Part shown: one piece after another, positions 37,065 to 45,268 of the stretch
How the letters are laid out: each line of letters opens with the position of its first letter
Position numbering within the stretch: the stretch's first letter is position 1
Assembly: GCA_049366815.1 (NCBI GenBank)
Contig: JBMNCO010000087.1
Location: 10,317 to 74,316 of the forward strand
Source of the DNA: Desulfatiglandales bacterium
GTDB taxonomy: Bacteria > Desulfobacterota > DSM-4660 > Desulfatiglandales > HGW-15
DNA: 64,000 nt
Direction of reading: 5' to 3'
Made by a program: the position numbers and the translations under genes
The notes under the pieces: model-generated
The model's input: the letters and a program-made list of their open reading frames with translations, nothing else
The model's database searches: none
What the model was told of the DNA's origin: nothing

Positions 37065-37094
37065 AAACATGGAATGTAAAACAGGAGCGTTCCC

Positions 37095-39032
37095 TTGAAA
37101 AAGAGAAATATATTTTTGGAGATGAAAGGCCTGGAAGAGGCGCAGGCTATCTTCAGAGGACGTTTTGGTCCAGGGCTGAGAACAGTGCCTGAAGAAATCC
37201 CGGCGGAGGAATCACTCGACAGGGTGACGGCGGAACCCGTGTTTGCACGTTTTTCCGCACCCACCTATCACTCAGCGGCCATGGACGGCATCGTGGTCCG
37301 CGCAAAGGAGACTTACGGTACCAATGAAAGGAACCCGAAGACACTGGAAATTGGGAAGGATGCCCTTTGGGTCAACACCGGGCAGGCCCTTCCCGAGGGA
37401 TATGATTCGGTCATCATGGTGGAGAAACTCCACCAGCGAGACGAAAAGACTGTGGAGATTCGATCTCCTTCCTATCCCTGGCAAAATATCAGAAAGGTGG
37501 GCGAAGATATCGTCACGACCCAATTACTCTTTCCCCAGGACCATCGTATCCGGCCCTATGACATAGGCGCGCTGATCTCCGCGGGCGTCTTCGCCCTGCA
37601 GGTCTGGCAAAAACCAAGGGTCGCCATCATCCCTACGGGATCCGAACTCATCCACCTCCGCGATATTCAGTCCCAGGCTGAGATCAAGGCGGGTCAGATC
37701 ATCGAATACAATTCCCTCATTCTTGCAGGGCTTGTGCGGGAATGCATGGCGGAACCCGTCATTTATGATATTGTCTCGGATGTTGAAAACAATATTCGAG
37801 AGACCCTGAAAAACGCGGTGGAATCGGAGGCAGACGTGGTTCTCATCAACGCGGGTTCCTCGGCGGGGAGCAAAGATTTTACGGCCATGACCGTCAGGGA
37901 ACTGGGGGAGATCCTCGTGCACGGCGTAGCCATGATGCCCGGCAAACCCACCATACTGGGCACTGTGGCAGGCAAGCCCGTCATAGGCAATCCAGGCTAT
38001 ACGGTTTCAGCGACCCTTTCCTTCACCCAATTCGTCCGCCCCCTGCTCTTCAGTCTTCAGGGGTTGAGGCAGCCGGAGGTCAAGAAGATCAAGGTACGGC
38101 CTTCACGGGATATTCCCTCCAAGCTGGGCATTGAAGAGTTTCTGCGTGTAAATATTGGAAGGGTGGGGGAAAAGAGCGTGGCCACACCTCTCCCCAGGGC
38201 GGCGGGCTCCATAACCACTCTGACCAGATCCGAAGGCATTCTCCGAATTCCGGCCCTCACCGAGGGGATCAACCAGGAAAATGAAGTGGATGCAGAACTC
38301 CTCGTGGATGAGGAAGCCCTCCTCAACACTATTTCCATTATCGGAAGCCACGACATAACCATCGACATCCTGGCCGACGAAATCCGCAGAACCGGACATG
38401 ATATCCGCATCTCTTCCGGAAATGTCGGAAGTCTGGGAGGGCTTATGGCCATCAGGAAGGGTACTTGCCACATGGCCGGGTCCCATCTTTTAGATACCGT
38501 AACCGGAGAATACAATATCGCTTACATCAAAAGATACCTCAAGGGGATCAAAGTCTGCATTTTCAATCTGGTCCAGAGAGACCAGGGCCTGATCGTGGCA
38601 AAAGGCAACCCCAAAGGAATCAAAGACATCCACGATCTTTGCAGAGAGGATGTGACATTTGTCAATCGCCAGGCCGGCGCGGGCACACGGGTCCTTCTCG
38701 ACTACAAGCTGGATCAACTCGGGGTCAAATCTGAATCCATTACAGGGTATGACCACGATGAATTTACCCATATGGCCGTAGCCGTTGATGTCCTCAGCGG
38801 CGCAGCCGATTGTGGCATGGGTATTTTTGCCGCGGCAAAGGCCCTTGACCTGGATTTCATCCCGGTCGCGCAGGAACAGTATGATCTGATTATGCCTGCA
38901 TCAGTACTCGATATGCCCAATATTCAGACCGTCATGGAGGTTATCAGGTCTCGGGCCTTTCGTGACAGGGTGTCTCTTCTTGGGGGCTATGATCCCACAA
39001 AAAGCGGCGATTTCTGGATGGAACTGGACTGA
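37095..39032 (+). CDS. MoeA-family molybdopterin molybdotransferase fused to a C-terminal periplasmic-binding-protein-like domain (TTG start)
   Basis: MoeA motifs AMDGIVV, IPTGSEL, INAGSSAGSKD, PGKPT, followed by about 230 aa of PBP-like fold. AGGAG RBS 7 nt upstream. Confidence 0.88.
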   Translation: MKKRNIFLEMKGLEEAQAIFRGRFGPGLRTVPEEIPAEESLDRVTAEPVFARFSAPTYHSAAMDGIVVRAKETYGTNERNPKTLEIGKDALWVNTGQALPEGYDSVIMVEKLHQRDEKTVEIRSPSYPWQNIRKVGEDIVTTQLLFPQDHRIRPYDIGALISAGVFALQVWQKPRVAIIPTGSELIHLRDIQSQAEIKAGQIIEYNSLILAGLVRECMAEPVIYDIVSDVENNIRETLKNAVESEADVVLINAGSSAGSKDFTAMTVRELGEILVHGVAMMPGKPTILGTVAGKPVIGNPGYTVSATLSFTQFVRPLLFSLQGLRQPEVKKIKVRPSRDIPSKLGIEEFLRVNIGRVGEKSVATPLPRAAGSITTLTRSEGILRIPALTEGINQENEVDAELLVDEEALLNTISIIGSHDITIDILADEIRRTGHDIRISSGNVGSLGGLMAIRKGTCHMAGSHLLDTVTGEYNIAYIKRYLKGIKVCIFNLVQRDQGLIVAKGNPKGIKDIHDLCREDVTFVNRQAGAGTRVLLDYKLDQLGVKSESITGYDHDEFTHMAVAVDVLSGAADCGMGIFAAAKALDLDFIPVAQEQYDLIMPASVLDMPNIQTVMEVIRSRAFRDRVSLLGGYDPTKSGDFWMELD

Positions 39033-39062
39033 GGAATCGGCGGGTGAGGACATTGAAAATTT

Positions 39063-39309
39063 TGTAATACTTTAGCCCTTTGAAAAATTCGAAAGGAAAT
39101 CATGCACCCTTTCTTACGTTCCGAAGCTCCCGGGCTGGTCTTTTTTGCGATTTATCCATGGGGGAGTTCTGCCCCCTCCCCATTCTCGACTTGGTCGAGC
39201 TGGGGTTTCCCCCACGCATAAATCGCAAAAAGACGGCGTCCTCCCGCTGGTCACTTCAGAAAGGCAGCATGATTTCCACACAGTTATTGGAAAGGGCTAA
39301 ATTCATACA
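39063..39309 (+). mobile_element. MITE-like family 1, copy C (133-bp element carrying a 108-bp nested element)
   Basis: Flanked by AAATTT at 39057-39062 and 39310-39315. 126/133 identical to copy A once the nested insertion and one CTCCCG copy are removed. Confidence 0.8.
39133..39240 (+). mobile_element. Nested second-family MITE-like element (108 bp) inside copy C
   Basis: Flanked by CTCCCG (39127-39132 and 39241-39246), which is single-copy at the same position in copy A. About 23-bp terminal inverted repeats ending in a perfect TTTTTGCGATTTAT / ATAAATCGCAAAAA. Internal hairpin CTCGAC-ttg-GTCGAG. Confidence 0.7.
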
Positions 39310-39352
39310 AAATTTCGTGTTTCAGAATAATGAACATAAGGAGAGGGCAAAA

Positions 39353-39682
39353 ATGGCGTCTCTGCGGCTGAAATCGCGACATTGGATCGTCAACGAGGAC
39401 GGAAAGATCATTATCGGTGAAGGGCGGAAAAAAATACTTGAAAACATCAGGAAAACAGGATCGATAAACCAGACGGCCAAGATTATGAAGATGTCCTATA
39501 AGGCTGTCTGGAGTAAGATCAAGGCCACAGAAGAGGCCTTCCAGGTCCGTATTGTAGATACAAACCGTAAAAAGGGTTCCCACCTGACCAAGGAGGGGGA
39601 TGAACTCCTGGAAAACTATATCAAGATGGAAAAAAGCTGTGTGCAATCCGACGACCGGTTATTCAACAAAATATTCAAGTAG
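39353..39682 (+). CDS. ModE N-terminal-domain-like winged-helix regulator (109 aa, no Mop/molybdate-binding domains)
   Basis: GSINQTAKIMKMSYKAVWSKIKATEE...RKKGSHLTKEGDELLENY parallels E. coli ModE GSISQGAKDAGISYKSAWDAINEMN...GGAVLTRYGQRLIQLY. AAGGAGAGG RBS. The upstream part of track ORF 39080..39682 is repeat-derived. Confidence 0.75.
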   Translation: MASLRLKSRHWIVNEDGKIIIGEGRKKILENIRKTGSINQTAKIMKMSYKAVWSKIKATEEAFQVRIVDTNRKKGSHLTKEGDELLENYIKMEKSCVQSDDRLFNKIFK

Positions 39683-39748
39683 CCTTGCCCGGATCCCCCG
39701 GGACATTTTCAATGGTTCATTTTCCCGATGATACAGATCCACAGAGTC

Positions 39749-39777
39749 CGGCGCCCCAGAAGGGGTGCCGTTTTTTT
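39749..39777 (+). terminator. Rho-independent terminator after the modE-like gene
   Basis: CGGCGCCCC-agaa-GGGGTGCCG stem (9 bp including one G-U pair), followed by TTTTTTT (39771-39777). Confidence 0.7.
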
Positions 39778-39911
39778 GTGGAGGGGATCTCAGGGCAGGG
39801 CGTTTGGGAAGACATTTATCTTTTCAAATAATTCTTGCAAGCGCGGCTCGGTGATTATAGAAATAGGGCATCGTATTTCTAGAAATTTTTACCTTTTTCA
39901 AGGATACCATA

Positions 39912-40679
39912 ATGAACACGATCTTTCTGTTGACCGCCTTGCAGGGGGCCGTCTCAATTGAAACGGCCTTCACCAATGATATTGTCCAGATGATTTTACA
40001 TGCCGGACTGATGGTCAAATTTGTCATGTGCATTCTCTTTTTGTTTTCAATCATCTCCTGGACCATCATCTTCATGAAATGGAGATATTTTCGTCTGGCA
40101 AGGCAGGAGACTGAATACTTTTTTGACCTCTTTTGGGAAGACACCGCCCTGGACAAGATAAAAGGGGAATGTGACGATTTGGCTTACAGTCCCGTTGCAC
40201 ATCTGTTCAGATCCGGCTATGCTGAACTCAAAAGAATCGGAAAGGTGTTGCATTTCCCCACATCGGAAGAACGTATATCGGACCTCCAGACCGCGCTCTT
40301 TAATGTTGAAAGGTCCTTGAAAAAGACCTCGATCGAACAGAGCAACAGGGTTGAAAGGGCCTTATCCTTTCTGGCGACAACCGGAAATACCGCACCTTTC
40401 ATCGGTCTTTTCGGTACGGTCTGGGGCATCATGGAATCCTTCAGGGGCATCGGGATGAAGGGTTCTGCCAGTCTGGCCGTAGTCGCCCCCGGAATATCCG
40501 AGGCGCTTATCGCCACGGCTGCGGGATTGGCGGCGGCTATCCCGGCGGTCGTCGCTTTCAACCATTTCAATCACAAGGCCATGGTCGCCAGATCCGAGAT
40601 GGACACTTTTACATCAGATTTTCTGAACCTTCTGGAAAGACAGGTCTTCAAGAAGAAAACAACACCCAAGACGGCTTGA
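39912..40679 (+). CDS. tolQ: Tol-Pal system protein TolQ (MotA/TolQ/ExbB proton channel)
   Basis: TAPFIGLFGTVWGIM motif and 3-TM topology. First gene of the tol-pal string. Confidence 0.9.
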   Translation: MNTIFLLTALQGAVSIETAFTNDIVQMILHAGLMVKFVMCILFLFSIISWTIIFMKWRYFRLARQETEYFFDLFWEDTALDKIKGECDDLAYSPVAHLFRSGYAELKRIGKVLHFPTSEERISDLQTALFNVERSLKKTSIEQSNRVERALSFLATTGNTAPFIGLFGTVWGIMESFRGIGMKGSASLAVVAPGISEALIATAAGLAAAIPAVVAFNHFNHKAMVARSEMDTFTSDFLNLLERQVFKKKTTPKTA

Positions 40680-40786
40680 GCCGTTTTGACTGGGCGTGGG
40701 ACCCATCCCCCAGGCCCTGGGAAAAAATGTGTCGCCAACCCTGAGAACAGATCTTCAGGTCAGCGGTTTAAGGAGCGAGATCCACA

Positions 40787-41194
40787 ATGATGCCCAACGG
40801 TGGAAATGGAAAAAGCTTCATGTCGGATATCAACGTCACGCCCCTTGTGGATGTGATGCTTGTGCTGTTGATCATCTTCATGGTCACAGCCCCGATGATG
40901 ATGCAGGGGGTTGAGGTCAACCTGCCCCAGACCACGACTCAGAACATCAAGACCAGGGAAGATCCTCTGATCCTGACCGTCACAAAGCAAAGAGAAATAC
41001 TCCTCGAAAACCACAAAATCAAACTGGAGGACCTTGAAAACAAGGCCAAAAATATCTTTAAGTATCGAAAGGATAAGGAAGTTCTCCTAAGGGCGGACAA
41101 GGATGTCCCCTATGGGTTTGTCGTCGAGGTGATGGCCGCGGCAAAAAGGGCTGGCATTGATAAATTAGGCATGGTCACCGAGCCATTGGAGTAG
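40787..41194 (+). CDS. tolR: Tol-Pal system protein TolR (ExbD/TolR)
   Basis: INVTPLVDVMLVLLIIFM anchor with the conserved Asp. AAGGAG RBS. Confidence 0.9.
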   Translation: MMPNGGNGKSFMSDINVTPLVDVMLVLLIIFMVTAPMMMQGVEVNLPQTTTQNIKTREDPLILTVTKQREILLENHKIKLEDLENKAKNIFKYRKDKEVLLRADKDVPYGFVVEVMAAAKRAGIDKLGMVTEPLE

Positions 41195-41333
41195 ATGGGA
41201 AATGCCGGGGGATTCGGTTTCGGGACGGGCACTCTCCGTTTGCCAAAAGAGAGGGTGCCTGGGGCCGTTACTCCGGCCTTTTTGCAACGGGGTCACCGGT
41301 CTTTTCTTGCAGACCTCACGGGGATGTCCATTG

Positions 41334-42158
41334 ATGATGGCCGCCGGGATAGAAAACACAGACAGTTCCAGACAGATCCGATGGGGTTCCATGGTCGCCC
41401 TTTCTGTGTGTTTCCATGTGGCGATCTTTTCTTTATTTCTCTTTTTCCCGAACGCGTTACCCCACAGAAGGTCTTTTGAAGGCACGGTGTATCAAGTCGA
41501 TCTTGTTGAGATGCCCGTAAGAGGCATTCAAAAGCCGGCATCCACAAAACCCGTCGAAACGACCAAGTCTGAAACGGCAAGCAAGACTGATACCATGGCA
41601 AAGCGGATTGCCCCCCCGGCCCAGAAGACCAAGCCCCTGGTCATCGCCAAAAGGACGCTCGATAAGAAGCCGGTGCCTGCCAAGGAGGCAACAAAATCGA
41701 CCTCCCAGATGATCGAAAACGCCATTTCCAAAATTGAGAGAAAGGTCCGGTCTGACCAACCATCCCAAGCGTCCCACGTGGAAACGGCCATCTCCAGGTT
41801 GGAAAAAAGGGTCGGTGCCCAGGAACAGGCCGGGGGCGACGGTCACGGATCTCAAGGCGGTGTGCCCATGCAGATTTACAGGATGGAGGTGGAAAGCTGG
41901 ATCAAGAGCAATTGGGCCTATCCAGTGGCCATGGGAGAATCCAAGGATCTGGAAGCTATCGTGGTTTTGAGGGTGAATGCAGCAGGGGCTGTTTTGAAGA
42001 CCCATTTTTTAAGACGTTCGAACAACGATCTATTCGATCAATCCGTCCTGAAGGCCATAGAAAGGTCGGATCCTCTACCTCCGTTTCCGGAGACTTACAG
42101 GAAAAGTTATGAGGACTTCGAGATCAAATTCAATCTCAGTGAGCTTAATCGTTTATAG
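41334..42158 (+). CDS. tolA: TolA-like protein (TonB_C-type C-terminal domain); start uncertain
   Basis: N-terminal anchor VALSVCFHVAIFSLFLFF, a Lys/Pro/Ala/Glu-rich linker, and a TonB/TolA C-domain. Sits between tolR and tolB. Confidence 0.7.
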   Translation: MMAAGIENTDSSRQIRWGSMVALSVCFHVAIFSLFLFFPNALPHRRSFEGTVYQVDLVEMPVRGIQKPASTKPVETTKSETASKTDTMAKRIAPPAQKTKPLVIAKRTLDKKPVPAKEATKSTSQMIENAISKIERKVRSDQPSQASHVETAISRLEKRVGAQEQAGGDGHGSQGGVPMQIYRMEVESWIKSNWAYPVAMGESKDLEAIVVLRVNAAGAVLKTHFLRRSNNDLFDQSVLKAIERSDPLPPFPETYRKSYEDFEIKFNLSELNRL

Positions 42159-43455
42159 TATCGCCCTTTTCTGGGGCGCGATGGTTTATCATGTTTCACT
42201 GCCGCCGGTCGTTCTCGGCAGGATCTATATCGATATCAATGCCCCGACTATTCAAAAAATGAAGATCGCCATCCCGGACTTCCATGATCTTTCCGATGGG
42301 CGGGAAAATGCGGGTCTGAGTGGCGCATTGCCGGTTGTACTATCCAATGACCTGGATCTGAGCGGGTATTTCACTCCCATGGAAAAGGGGGCCTTCCTCG
42401 GAGGCAACAATGCTTCCGCCTATTCGGACAATGTCCGGTTAAGGGACTGGTCGGTTATCGGCGCCGATTTTCTCTTGCTGGGGCGTTACAGTTGTATCGG
42501 GCGAAGCATCGAGGTGGAGGCCAGGCTTTTCGATATATTCAGAGGACGACAGATCCTGGGGAAGAGGTTTCTCGGGAAGACCGGCGAATACAGAGATCTG
42601 ATGCATCGCCTTTCCAACGAGATCATCTACGCATTGACCGGTCAGCAGGGAATGTTTCTTTCTAAAATTGCCTTTACAGGGACGGCAACGGGCCACAAGG
42701 AAATTTACCTGTGTGATATTGACGGGGAAAATATAAAAAGGATTACTTCGGACGAGAGCCTCGCGCTGTTCCCTCGCTGGTGCCCTCAGGGGGACAGGCT
42801 CCTTTTCAATTCCTACATAGAAGGGGGCGCAATGCTGTATCACAAGGACATGCGTAACGGCAAAGTCAAGCGGATCTCGGCCCGGAAGGGGTTGAATATC
42901 GGCGCGTCCTGGGCACCGGACGGAAAAAGCGCAGCGCTGACCTTGAGCCATGGCAGCAACCCCGACATTTTCAGGATCGACCTGGAGGGCAAGATCCTGG
43001 AAAAGATCACCGATCATTGGGGCATTGACGTCTCTCCCAGCTTTTCTCCGGATGGAAAGAAAATTGCGTTTGTTTCCAATCGATCCGGCAACCCCCAAAT
43101 CTATGTTCGGCAGCTATTGACCGGAAAGGCGGAGAGGATCACCTTTGATCCGGATCTGAAATACAATACCTCACCGACCTGGTCTTCACAGAACCGTATC
43201 GCCTTTTCGGGAATGAATCAAGGACACTTTGATATATTCAGCATAGACCCCGACGGGAGTAAGTTGAGACAATTGACTTCCAATCAGGGGAATAATGAGG
43301 ATCCTTGCTGGTCGCCTGATGGGAGGTACATTCTTTTCAGTTCGAACAGGACCGGCAGATACCACCTCTACATCATGAATGCAAACGGCCTCAATCAGAG
43401 AAGGATTACATCCCTCAATGGTGACCAGACGGCACCTTCATGGTCCCCTTTTTAG
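42109..43455 (+). CDS. tolB: Tol-Pal system beta-propeller protein TolB
   Basis: Repeated PD40 motifs: SFSPDGKKIAFVSNRSG, CWSPDGRYILFSSNRTG. Confidence 0.92.
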   Translation: MRTSRSNSISVSLIVYSIALFWGAMVYHVSLPPVVLGRIYIDINAPTIQKMKIAIPDFHDLSDGRENAGLSGALPVVLSNDLDLSGYFTPMEKGAFLGGNNASAYSDNVRLRDWSVIGADFLLLGRYSCIGRSIEVEARLFDIFRGRQILGKRFLGKTGEYRDLMHRLSNEIIYALTGQQGMFLSKIAFTGTATGHKEIYLCDIDGENIKRITSDESLALFPRWCPQGDRLLFNSYIEGGAMLYHKDMRNGKVKRISARKGLNIGASWAPDGKSAALTLSHGSNPDIFRIDLEGKILEKITDHWGIDVSPSFSPDGKKIAFVSNRSGNPQIYVRQLLTGKAERITFDPDLKYNTSPTWSSQNRIAFSGMNQGHFDIFSIDPDGSKLRQLTSNQGNNEDPCWSPDGRYILFSSNRTGRYHLYIMNANGLNQRRITSLNGDQTAPSWSPF

Positions 43456-43507
43456 AGGCCTTCTCCATAATGATTTCAGCAAAAAAAAATTCAGAAAATC
43501 TAAATCC

Positions 43508-43537
43508 TTGATATTTGAATAACACCTTGGTTATAAT
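43508..43537 (+). promoter_or_regulatory. Internal sigma70-like promoter candidate for pal
   Basis: TTGATA (43508-43513), 18-nt spacer, TATAAT (43532-43537), in an AT-rich tolB-pal spacer. Confidence 0.4.
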
Positions 43538-43615
43538 AAATGGTTAAAGAGCACCATGTGGATGCTATACGTTTTTAATTTGAATCTTTTTTTGAATTCA
43601 GGAGGGAAGAGCAGA

Positions 43616-44185
43616 ATGATGAAGAAAATGATGATCATCTTGGCGGTCTTGGCATTTTGTGGTGGTTCATTGCTGACAATGGCATCCTGTGCGAAGAAAG
43701 GAGTCATATCGGAAGAGGTGGCCACACCTGCCGAACCGGTCGCCACGCCCGAAGAGCCGGTGAAACCCGTCGTCCAGCCGCCTACGGGGGAAGAGCGGGC
43801 AGCCGCATTGGAGAGACAGCGGCAGGAGCAGCTCCGGAGAGAAATTCAGGCATTCGAGTCCGGCAATATCTATTTTGATTTTGACAAATCCGAGTTAAGG
43901 CCTGAGGCACGGGCCATACTGGAAAAAAAGGCGGCCTGGCTCAATGACAATCCGGAATTTTCTGTTCGCATCGAAGGCCATTGCGATGAAAGAGGCACGA
44001 ACGAGTACAATCTGGCCCTGGGAGAAAGAAGGGCCAATGCGGCCATGAAGTACCTCAATGCCTTGGGCGTAGCCGGGGACAGAATGATTACGGTGAGTTA
44101 CGGCGAGGAGCGGCCGGCCGTCCCAGGCAGCAATGAAGCGGCCTGGGCGAAAAACCGCAGGGATGAATTCAAATTGATAAGGTAA
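43616..44185 (+). CDS. pal: Peptidoglycan-associated lipoprotein Pal (OmpA family)
   Basis: Lipobox LTMASC and OmpA-like motif NEYNLALGERRA. AGGAGGG RBS. Confidence 0.93.
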   Translation: MMKKMMIILAVLAFCGGSLLTMASCAKKGVISEEVATPAEPVATPEEPVKPVVQPPTGEERAAALERQRQEQLRREIQAFESGNIYFDFDKSELRPEARAILEKKAAWLNDNPEFSVRIEGHCDERGTNEYNLALGERRANAAMKYLNALGVAGDRMITVSYGEERPAVPGSNEAAWAKNRRDEFKLIR

Positions 44186-44348
44186 GTTGAGCAGGGAAGG
44201 GATTCAGCAGGACCTTTTCATGTCCTGCGTGAACCACATGATATAAGGGTGTCGGGGTCAAGATCTCGACACAGATCACGAAGAATGCCGCGGCAAGCCG
44301 AGCTTTTAACCGGGTCGGCTTGCCAGCGATTTAAGATAATATCAAGGA

Positions 44349-45239
44349 ATGAAGAGCGGATGGTGCAAAATGATTCACAATAAATTTTATCCTCTCTTTT
44401 TTGTTTCTGCTGTCTTTCTGCTTTCCTCCTGTGTCTATGACAAGGAACTGACTGTTTTAAACGATCAGGTGAACGCCCTGAACAGGCGGGTCACGGCACT
44501 CCAGGATGCTACGGATACCGCCCTTGCGAGAGATCTGGAACAAATTAGGTCCAACCAGGCCAATGTCAGGTTGGAGATAGACGAATTGAAGGGAGAGGTG
44601 CAGGATCTGTCCGGTCGGATAGAAGATAATGAACACCTTGTAAAAAAAGTGGTTGAACGGGACATTGGGGGGCAGGACGCCCTAAGGTCCTCAGTCGACG
44701 ATTTTTCCCGAAGATTGGCGGTGCTCGAATCAGCAGTCAAGCGTCATCAGGAATACCTGAACCTCGGTCCCCTGGAGACCCGCCTCAGCCCCGGTGAGGA
44801 CAGGGCCCAATCCGACCAGAGACGCCAATCCTCCATACCTTCTGAGGCGACCCTTGATCCGGCGGTCCAGGAGCAAATATTGTATGATAAGGCCCTGGCA
44901 TCTTATAAAGAAGGAAGATATGAGGACGCTATCGAAGGCTTTAATGGTTTTCTGAAGCGCTACCCGAAATCTGATCGTGCAGACAATGCCCACTTCTGGA
45001 TCGGCGAGTGCCATATGAATCTCAAACAATACGAACAGGCCATCTTGGCTTACCAGAATGTCATTAAAGACTTTCCAAAGGGAAACAAGGTTCCCAGTGC
45101 ACTTTTGAGACAGGCGGCCGCCTTTGGGGAGATCAAGGACAAGACCAGTTCAAGACTCCTGTTGAAAAAAATCATTAACAATTATCCTAAATCCAATGAG
45201 GCAAAAATAGCCCAGAAAAGGCTGGAAACCATAAAGTAA
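44349..45239 (+). CDS. cpoB: Tol-Pal system protein CpoB/YbgF (coiled coil plus TPR)
   Basis: Lipobox-like LLSSC, N-terminal coiled coil and C-terminal TPR repeats (YPKSDRADNAHFWIGECH). Last gene of the tol-pal string. Confidence 0.85.
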   Translation: MKSGWCKMIHNKFYPLFFVSAVFLLSSCVYDKELTVLNDQVNALNRRVTALQDATDTALARDLEQIRSNQANVRLEIDELKGEVQDLSGRIEDNEHLVKKVVERDIGGQDALRSSVDDFSRRLAVLESAVKRHQEYLNLGPLETRLSPGEDRAQSDQRRQSSIPSEATLDPAVQEQILYDKALASYKEGRYEDAIEGFNGFLKRYPKSDRADNAHFWIGECHMNLKQYEQAILAYQNVIKDFPKGNKVPSALLRQAAAFGEIKDKTSSRLLLKKIINNYPKSNEAKIAQKRLETIK

Positions 45240-45268
45240 CATAAGCGCCCAATCCCACTTAATTTAAA

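Noticed and set aside
36905-37094. Moco (molybdenum cofactor) riboswitch between the two moeA genes
   Set aside because: The location is attractive. However, I could not find the conserved core elements I recall for the Moco motif (the CCUCCGAGCC-type junction, or an AAAGGAG pairing to the RBS). The hairpins instead belong to a dispersed repeat also found at 49857-49911. This needs cmsearch with RF01055 to settle.
39080-39352. N-terminal extension of track ORF 39080..39682, and ORF 24646..24903, both beginning MKNSKGNHAPFLTFRSS
   Set aside because: The shared peptide is just the translation of the repeated MITE left end from a TTG codon. The real gene (modE-like) starts at ATG 39353, which has its own RBS.
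41195-41333. N-terminal extensions of the tolA-like ORF (track starts 41195 and 41202)
   Set aside because: The Cys/Gly/Arg-rich translation is unlike TolA/TonB N-termini. The membrane anchor begins after the ATG pair at 41334-41339. An upstream TTG start cannot be excluded.
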